Origin: Paramecium tetraurelia
Lineage: Eukaryota
Direction: 5' to 3'
NCBI GenBank assembly: GCA_000165425.1
Contig: CT868054.1
Location: forward strand, 124,001 to 188,000
DNA length: 64,000 nt
Below are positions 55,059-64,000 of the stretch, piece by piece. The notes below the pieces were generated by a model. It was given only the letters and a program-made list of their open reading frames with translations, did no database searches and was not told the origin of the DNA. The position numbers and the translations under genes were made by a program. Every line of letters begins with the position of its first letter. The first letter of the stretch is position 1.

Positions 55059-58000
55059 ATGATTCTTTCTTTGAATTTTGTATCGATCATCTTGGGAGTA
55101 TTTGGGTGGAGAGACTACTATAATTAGTACTCTAATATTTATGGATTTTAAATTGAAAAATGCCCAGATTTGCATGTACAAAAGGCTAGTCTGCATCCAT
55201 ACTAATGTGTCTGTAATTCTAAAAGAGTAAATTTAGCTTATGCTGTGATTTGTAAGGGTGTGGAGGAGATACAAGTAAAAATTGAATTGAATGGAACTCA
55301 ACATTAATGTCATCCCAGATTCCAACCATGGGGAGCTGGGACTCCAACAATGGATAATACTACAGTTCATTGTGGATTTGATGGAGGTGATCAGTTAGTG
55401 ATGGAGATGTTAGCAGATGGAAAGTATAAATATTATTGTACATGTATGTATCGGTTAGTATTAGATTAGCATTGACAGATGAAAAAAATAAAAGATGTTT
55501 GATAACTGCCTATTAATATAGCATTTATAGTTGCCAATTTTGCAAGCCTCCTTACTTTGGACTAGATTGTAAAAATGTTCTCCGGTATTTTGATTAACGT
55601 TATACAAATCCACTCCGATGTAGAAATTATATTTATTTAAGCATGCTCCTAAAATTGTCTGGAATGTGATGAAGGAAGTTAAAGTTGTACTAAGTGTATT
55701 CCTGGAACAGATAACATAAATTCTAACGATAAAGCATGCTAACTAGGTATATCATAGTTTAAACCTTTATAGATTGTCTAGGATTTACAAGTTGCTCTAT
55801 AGTTTCTAATACATTTCAAAATAGTAGTATTTGCTTGCCCAGCACTGTTCTCAGAATTGACCGTTGTGTTTGTATATTTTAAATAATAGTTTTATAGCAT
55901 GCCCAACTGGATGTTTAGCTTGCACTTTAGATTTTCAGGACCTGTTTAAATAGAAGTGTGATTCTTGTGATTCTAATTATATTCGACAATTAGTGAGCAG
56001 TAATGCTCCTAATATGTACTCTTGCTATCGATTATTTAATTGTCCTAGTGTAAGATAATAATTGATAGGTCAAACAATATCATCTAGTGGAGAGTATGCT
56101 TATAATATACGATGTACATTATGTGATCCAGGATTTGTTTATGATCTTACTACCTAAATATGCCAATGTAAATTTTAATTAAAATATAACTTTAGGGAGT
56201 CAATTTAAGAAACCAGGCTGTTTCTTTTTGGATCCTTAAGGAAATAACTGTGTATCCTGTTATCCATGGTTTAGTTTACAATCCGATGGCTCATGCAAAC
56301 TAATAAGTTGCAATCCGAACTGTTATACATGTTTGGATACAAATCCAGATATTTGTACTACTTGTGATGGCTTTAATAATAAAGTGCTTTCTAATGGTAT
56401 TTGCATATGTGATTCAAACTATGGTCTTAAAATTGATGAGTGTGTAAAGTGTACTGAGGGTTATTGTTAAGAGTGTGAAATAGGTAATTTTTTCTCATGT
56501 ACCTCATGTGCGCCTGAAACAAATAGAATATTAGTTGATCAATAATGTATTTGCAAACCTGGGTCTTGTGAACCTGCAGATGGAAGTGTGACATGTATTT
56601 GTAAACATTCTGAAATATAAATTAAGTATGCGATAAGTCATGTGTAAATTGTTCAGGTCCAACAAGTAATGATTGTACTTTATGTCCTGACGAAATAACT
56701 ACAAATAGAATTCAGATTGGTAATTCTTGTCCTTGTAAACCAGGTTATGCTGATTATGAAGTCAAAGATGCAATATGTGGAAGTATTTGTAGTTATATAT
56801 TAAGAATGCCATCCAAGATGCAAACAATGTTTCTAAGCAGCTGATGAAACTTCAAATTAATATTGTCTAACTTGCATTCCTGGACAAAATAGGGTTGTTT
56901 CTGATAATCTGAATTGTGATTGCAAAGAAAACTATGGTGATTTTGATGGCACTTTAGATATTTGTCTAAGTACTTTATAATTTATATTTAGTCTGTGATT
57001 ATACCTGTGGAGTATGTAATGATTTTGGTCCTATGAATTGTACCTCTTGTTTAGAAAGCTCACATAGATATTTAACAGCATTAGGAGAATGTTTATGTAA
57101 AACATCATATTTTGATGATCAAACATAAAACACAGAGTGTTAAAGTAGAATAGATACTAATCCTAGAATGTCATTATTCATGTTTAAGATGTGCCAATAG
57201 CATTGAAGACAATTCATGTTTAGAATGTCCTCCTACTAGAAATCCTAGTGATCCATTAGCCACTTAGTTTTAATGTATTTGTGAATCTTCAAACTTCTTT
57301 GACGATGGATTATTACCAACCTGTCTATAATGTGATACCTCTTGTCTAACCTGTTATGGTCCTCTTTCATCTAACTGTCTATCTTGTGATTCAACATATA
57401 GAGAATTTGATTTATCCTCTTGTCTATGTCCACCAGGATATTATGATGTTGGATAATTGGAATGTGCTAGTAATTCTATATTAAATATTATCAGAATGTC
57501 ACTATTCTTGTTATTAATGCTTTGATAATACAGCTGAAGGTTGTATAAATTGTTCAATTGATTTTCATCTTAGAGTATTAAGAGGAAATACTTGTAAATG
57601 TATTGATGGATATTATGATGAACCAGGAACATCTAAATGCAAAAGTAATTACTAAAATTATTTTTATAATAGAATGCTCATATAAATGTGAAACCTGTGA
57701 AGAGTAAGCTGAAAAATGTTTGAGTTGTCCTTTAAATTCATTACGTACTTTTGATTCCACTACAGGTTGTCTTTGTCCAGAAGAGTATTATGATTAACAA
57801 AATGTCATAATTTGTTAAAGTAACATAAAAATAAATTAAAGAATGTCATTTCAAATGCAAAAATTGTAGTGCCTAAACGGAAAGTTCATGTCTTTCATGC
57901 GATCCATTGTCATATAGAGAAATTAAACTTTAATAATGTAAATGCTAACCACATTATTTTGAAATGGAAGTTTAGGAATGTGCAAGTAATTATTATGCTC

Positions 58001-61000
58001 AATTATAGTTTGTAGTGCTCTTTGTTATGAATGCGTTGATAGACTTGATAATTGTACTTCATGCTATGATGATAGATATCTAATTGGAAATAAATGTTAA
58101 TGTGCTTCTAAGTTTTAAGGGGCTTCGATAAGTACATTTGAATTTAATGGTTTGGTTAAATGCTAAAGTATATCTTCATATAACTGTAAGAGTGCCATTA
58201 TTCTTGTGCAACATGTGGAGGAAAAGAAGAAATGGATTGTATATTATGCATAGACACGGATCATAGGTATTAAGTAGGCAATACTTGTGTTTGCAAAGAA
58301 GGATATTATGATGCAGGATTGCCTGTCTGTTAAAGTATTTATCATTTGTTTATCAATAGAATGCAGTTACAAATGTAAAGGATGCTCAAGATAGTCTGAA
58401 TATTGTACTTCTTGTTAAGATAACAGTTTAAGATAGTTAGTTTCAGATTTCAAAACATGCAAATGCAATTAAAGATATTATGATGATGGTTAAAGTGAAG
58501 TTTGTTAATGTATGTATTTTCAATATGATTAATTAGAATGCCATTACTCATGCCTTAGATGTAATGACATCGACACAAAATGTGAATTATGCTCATTTGA
58601 ATCAAATAGAATTTACAATGATTAACTATTTTCTTGTGATTGTGATGTAGGTTATTATAATACTGGAGTTGAAATCTGTTAAAAATGTCACTATTCCTGT
58701 TTAAGTTGTAATTCTGGAGATTCATCATCATGTATTTAATGTGTTGATTCTAACATTTCAAATAGAGTATTTTATAATAACACTTGTAAATGTTTATTTG
58801 GATATTTTGATGATGGCTAATCAATTAAATGTTAAAAATGTGATGTTTAATGTTTAAGTTGTATTAATTAATCTTATTAATGTTTATCATGTCCACAAAC
58901 AAGGAAATTAGAAACTAATTGTAAATGTTAATAAGGATATTATGATATTGGATTACAACTATGTTAAAAATGTAACTCAATTTGTTCTGCATGTGAATTT
59001 ACATCTAATAATTGCACATAATGTGATTCTGATTAATTTAGACAACTTAATGAAATTACTAAAACTTGTGATTGTTAAATTGGTTATCTTGAACTTAATG
59101 GAATTTGTTAATAATGTGATCAAAGTTGTAAAATATGTTAGTAATAATTGAATCATTGTACATCTTGTGTATAATTTAGAAAATTAAATAATAATAATTG
59201 CATTTGTATTGATGGTATGTTTGAATCAATTTAAGATAAATAATGTAAATTATGTCATAAAACATGTTTAACATGTGCTTATTCAGATTAATATTGTTTA
59301 ACTTGTTCAGTTGATAATTTTAGAATATTTAAATCTGGAAATACTTGTGAATGTATATAAGGATACTATGAAAATTAAATAACTTATGCATGTGAATAAT
59401 GTTCAAAATCTTGTTTAACTTGTTCATAATAATATAATAATTGTTTAACATGTGATACAACTCTTAATTTATCTTTAATCAATAATCAATGTTTATGTTC
59501 GTAATCCTATTATTTTGACACTTTAACTAATTCATGTTAATGTAATAATATTATATAAATATAGAATGTAATATCACCTGTTTAGATTGTTAAAATCAGA
59601 ATGAATGTGCATCATGTAAATTAACAACCAGACATTTAGATTAAGATTAAAAGAAATGCATATGTAATGATGGTTATTATGAAACAAACTAAGCAAATTG
59701 TTAATGTATTATAAATTATCTACTTTTAGAATGTCATTTATCATGTGAGACTTGTATTAATATCGATACTAATTGCTTAAGTTGTATAAGTATATCGAAT
59801 AGAATATTAACTAATAATTAATGTTTGTGTATATAAGGATATTATGATGCAGGAATTGAAATATGTTAAAAATGTAATGGTAAATGTAAGACGTGTTAAT
59901 CCTCTGCTTCAACTTGTTTATCTTGTTATCAAATTGAACAAAATAGATATTAATCAACAGATAAATGTTTATGTAAATCTGGATATTTTGAATCTAATAC
60001 TGATATCTGTTAAAGTAATCTTAATTAATTAATAATTTAAAATGCTCAAACGAATGTCTAACATGTTAAGGTTCGCCTGATTATTGTACAAGTTGTGATA
60101 CCAATTCAAAAAGAATAGATTAATCATTTATTCACAAATGTCCATGTATAATTGGATTTTATCAAGATCAAAATTATATTTGTTAAAGTAAATATCCATA
60201 TATTATTTAAAGAATGCCATTATAAATGTTAAACTTGTATAAATATAAGTGATTAATGTTTTAAGTTGTAAATTTGAATTAAATTCAAACAGAAAGTCTT
60301 TGTCTGATTAATGTAATTGTAAAGAAGGTTATTATGATGATGGAACTTAATTATAATGCTAAAAATGCAATTTTAAATGTAAAAGTTGTATAAATGATTC
60401 AAATAACTGCTAAATTTGTTCAAATTCAATACGAAGTAATCCTCCAATGTGTAATTGTATTGATGGATATTATGAAGATTTATAATTGACTTGCTAAAGT
60501 ATCTATTATCTTATAATAAGTGTGTGCTTATTAATGTAAGAAATGTGTTACTTAACCATAAAATTGTTTGACTTGTAAACCAGAAAGATCTGGAACTGAT
60601 TGTAAATGTAGTGATGGATATTATGAAAATGGATCCATATTTTGCGATTGTAATAATTCTTAACAATTTGATATAGAATGTGCATTTCAATGTGCTACTT
60701 GTAGTAATTCATCATCGAATTGCAACAAATGTAAAGGTAATAGAATTTAAGAGCCTTAATGCATTTGTCAACCAGGCTATTTTGATGATCAATTAAACGA
60801 AGATTGTTAATTATGTGATAGTTCCTGTTTGGAATGTAATAAAATTGGATGTCTATCCTGTAATGCCAATAGAATAATAAATGATGATATGGATTGCGTG
60901 CCTCCACCGAATTCAATTTGGTATAATAATACTCCTTGGTGTTCAAGTAAGTGAATTTCAATATTTTTAGCTTGTTAAGTTGCAGTTATTAAAGTATATT

Positions 61001-64000
61001 TATCAGATGATATCAGTAAAATAATTATTCATTTTGATTTCCTTTTAAATTCAAAAGCATTTAATTCATAATTTGAATTAAATAAATGTTTGTAATTATT
61101 TGAATTAGAATCTGTCTAAAGTCTTGGGTTAAATTGTTAATGCTTTCTTGATCCAGATGATAATCATCAATTATTAATATCTTTAGGAGAAAACTCAAAA
61201 ATAAATGTAGGTGATGAATTAATATTTCTAAGTAATTCTTTATCTCATGTTAATTGTGAAACTACATTAAACAAAGTTTATTTTTCCAACATTATAATTG
61301 CCATTAAACCCATTGGCTCCATAAATTGAGTATATTGTACCTTTACATAAATTAAATCCTTATACAGAAAACTCAATTTATTTGAAATCAATAAAAAACC
61401 ATGGATTAAGAAAATTAATTAATATAAACTGGACTTTTTAGGCAGAAACAAGCCAAATTACAGAAGCCTTGAATGATTTCATTACATAAATCAATTTTCT
61501 TTAGGAATTAAATTTACTTATACCCAAACTTACATTACCTAGTGATGAAATTCTCAAATTTAAGATCTAATATGAAAATTTCATTAATATTCATTCATAA
61601 TCAGAATTTACAATATAAACTCATTCAGGATGCCTTCCATATATTGAAATAACTGCAAAACCTTAATATTTCGTATATGAGACGATTACTATAAGTTTAT
61701 CTGCTAACACTTTATATTAATCAAATTAAAGTGATAGTTCTAAATATTTAATTGAAATTAGTGAAATTGATAGATATCCTAAAAAGTCATCGTCTTCACA
61801 ATTAAATAAATCCATGTAATCTAATCCTTTTGAAAAAATTTAAGCAAGCATTCTAAAATATACATTAAGTCCTAATACAACTTATACGTTCTAAGTTAAT
61901 GCAACAAATTTAAATACAAATAAGGCTCAATAATAAAATTTGAGTATTTAAATCCCATATGCTGGATTAATATGCAAATTTAATAACAAAGAAATCTAGA
62001 GTATTAGAAAGGATCTCAATTTATAGATATAATGTAGAGATTTAGACACAATATATGATTGGAATACTGATCCAGATTTGTATGTCCAAGTAGCCTGTAA
62101 GGATTTAACTTTAAATAGCACTTGCATAAATTAATTAAAATAATTAATTAATGTCAATGTTACAGATACATTTTAGTTTATTAAGAAGAATTCAATTTCT
62201 TCCTTAACTGTGTAGGAATGGTCAGTCATAGTAACCAAATTTGACTAAATTTACAAATTTACATAAATTATCGTTTTTCTTGAGGATGATTTCCCTGTTT
62301 TAGATTTAGATTTCAATTAGGGTTATTTAATGAGATAGGTTAATAATTATGAATAGCTGAATTTTACATTTCTAATCCCATTCAATGAAAAATCTTAGTT
62401 ATTAGATCTATCAATTGCACTTATATATAACTATCAGATAATAGCAATACTGTAACCTAAATATTTTTCTCATTAATTTAAGTTATTTAATAGTCTAGAA
62501 GAGTTAAAATTGGGGAATAACATTAATCTTAAATTTACAGCATAATATACAAACAATATCATGCCTAGTCTAAATACCATAAAACTGACTATTAATTAAC
62601 CTCCTATCTGTTCAAAATTAACTATTACTCGTTCTAATGATTAAGCACTTTCAAATATGATGGTTACAACTACTTGTTAATACTCAGATGATTCTCCTTA
62701 TAAGTACGAACTTAGAGTATTTTTGAGAGAATAAGATTTAACAGATTTTTTGAAAGGTTCATCTGATAATTCCTTAATTCTTTATCCTTATTAGTCTTAA
62801 ATTCAATTTTAGATTTAAATTCCTACTTCAGTAGATTCTTCAACAATTGGACTTCTATTATAAGTGCTTGATTAAGGAGGATCAATAACTCCTATTTATG
62901 AGTAAATTACTTCAACCCCTGCAAAAATTAATTGTTCCTAAATATAATTTACAAATTTGAAATTGCAAAGCAAGATTTCCTTGTTATTTGAAGCGATGAA
63001 TTAAAAATGTAATGAGTTACATAATTAAATTTATCTTGATTTACTTTACTAATAAATTTTGCCAGATTAGAACGATAACATCCTAAAATTTTAAGCTATA
63101 AAATTATATAGGTAGTTTTTAATATAGTTTGGATAGACTAAACCTAAGAATCGATTATTATTTGAATCAAATTAAAAAGGATGCTATGATAAAAATTCAG
63201 GTCGTTTCTTTATTACATAAAATGAGGATGAATCTAATTCAAATTCAACAACAAAGATAGAAGAGTTACAAGATAATGTTAAGAAATTAGATTCATCATT
63301 TAAATATTTTAGAGGAATGAAAAAGCAAAGTGAAGAGGGGCTCAATCAAAATAATTACGTTTGGAATCAAGAACTTTTCTAATAACTATAAAACTTCTAA
63401 GGAGGTTTAATTAATCTATTACTTTGTTGATGAATTGTATTCTAACTTTTTATCAGCCAATACGACAAATGCAACAATTTACTCAAGCATTGTGGAATTG
63501 TTAAAGTATAAAAGCTCTATAACAGATGAAATATAGAATAATATTGTTGTTAATGACTAACCATTATATATTGAGGGTAAAGATATGATTTTTTAATTAA
63601 AAAAAAGAACAAAAAAGATGTTCAATTAATAATTTAATATTGAACCAGCAATTGAAGACTACATAATAGATTTTATTCAATATGAATCTACACATCTTTC
63701 AATAAATCCATTAATATTCAGTCCAGACTAAGATAAAATGCTTTAATAACATTTTAACGACAAAACTATGCAAATATTGTCAGATAATTATTACTTAATA
63801 AAATTATTCAATGTTATTAAAAACAGATATATAACTTATGAAAATATTTCATCTTACTTTGGCACTAAATTTGGAACATATGAGATCTGTTCTAATTAAT
63901 CATAAAAAATTAAAGAATATGAGATATTGTGTATTTCAAGAACAGTCTCTGGAGGATTCCATAAATGTAATTTAAATAAAGTAGAAAACAATGAAACTAT
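55059..64000 (+). CDS. giant Cys-rich repeat / REJ-like receptor, paralog C (runs off window; several apparent frameshifts as assembled)
   Basis: MILSLNFVSIILGVFGWRDY; colinear with paralogs A/B (HQCHPRFQ, KRIDQSFIHKCPC, TPWCS/CQVAV, DLDTIYDWNTDPDL, NNYEQLNFTF); lesions at ~60040, ~60260, ~61274, ~63420. Confidence 0.8.

Noticed and set aside
3368..60961. Most short ORFs of the supplied six-frame track as independent genes
   Set aside because: They are exon fragments or antisense/off-frame shadows of larger code-6 genes; TAA/TAG are not stops here.

Overview
AT-rich ciliate nuclear DNA with the hallmarks of a Paramecium macronuclear chromosome. TAA/TAG read as Gln and only TGA is a stop, introns are tiny (~20-30 nt GT...AG), and intergenic gaps are often under 30 bp. 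The supplied standard-code ORF track therefore misses nearly every real gene, so I translated by hand with code 6. About half the window is three giant paralogous surface receptors (signal peptide, dozens of furin-like Cys repeats, REJ-like region, GPS-like motif, multi-TM end; polycystin-1-like) at 2302-12157 (+), 12256-22145 (-) and 55059->64000 (+). Between them lie housekeeping genes: an LRR protein, DCP2, an MFS transporter, CEP104-like, a type-I membrane protein, CK1, UBE2H/UBC8, a MAK-family kinase, a PH + permuted NlpC/P60 protein, a CID-domain protein and several hypotheticals. The most unusual region is ~32.0-38.6 kb. It holds four B-box-like/coiled-coil/ubiquitin-like genes embedded in nested inverted and direct duplications of the CEP104 3' end. 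Two copies share a near-identical N-terminal exon but carry different ubiquitin-like C-terminal exons. All 15 substitutions I found in the shared part of one copy are A->G. Sequencing or assembly error cannot be excluded for that pattern. Coordinates are hand-derived and intron-containing CDS are given as start-to-stop spans.
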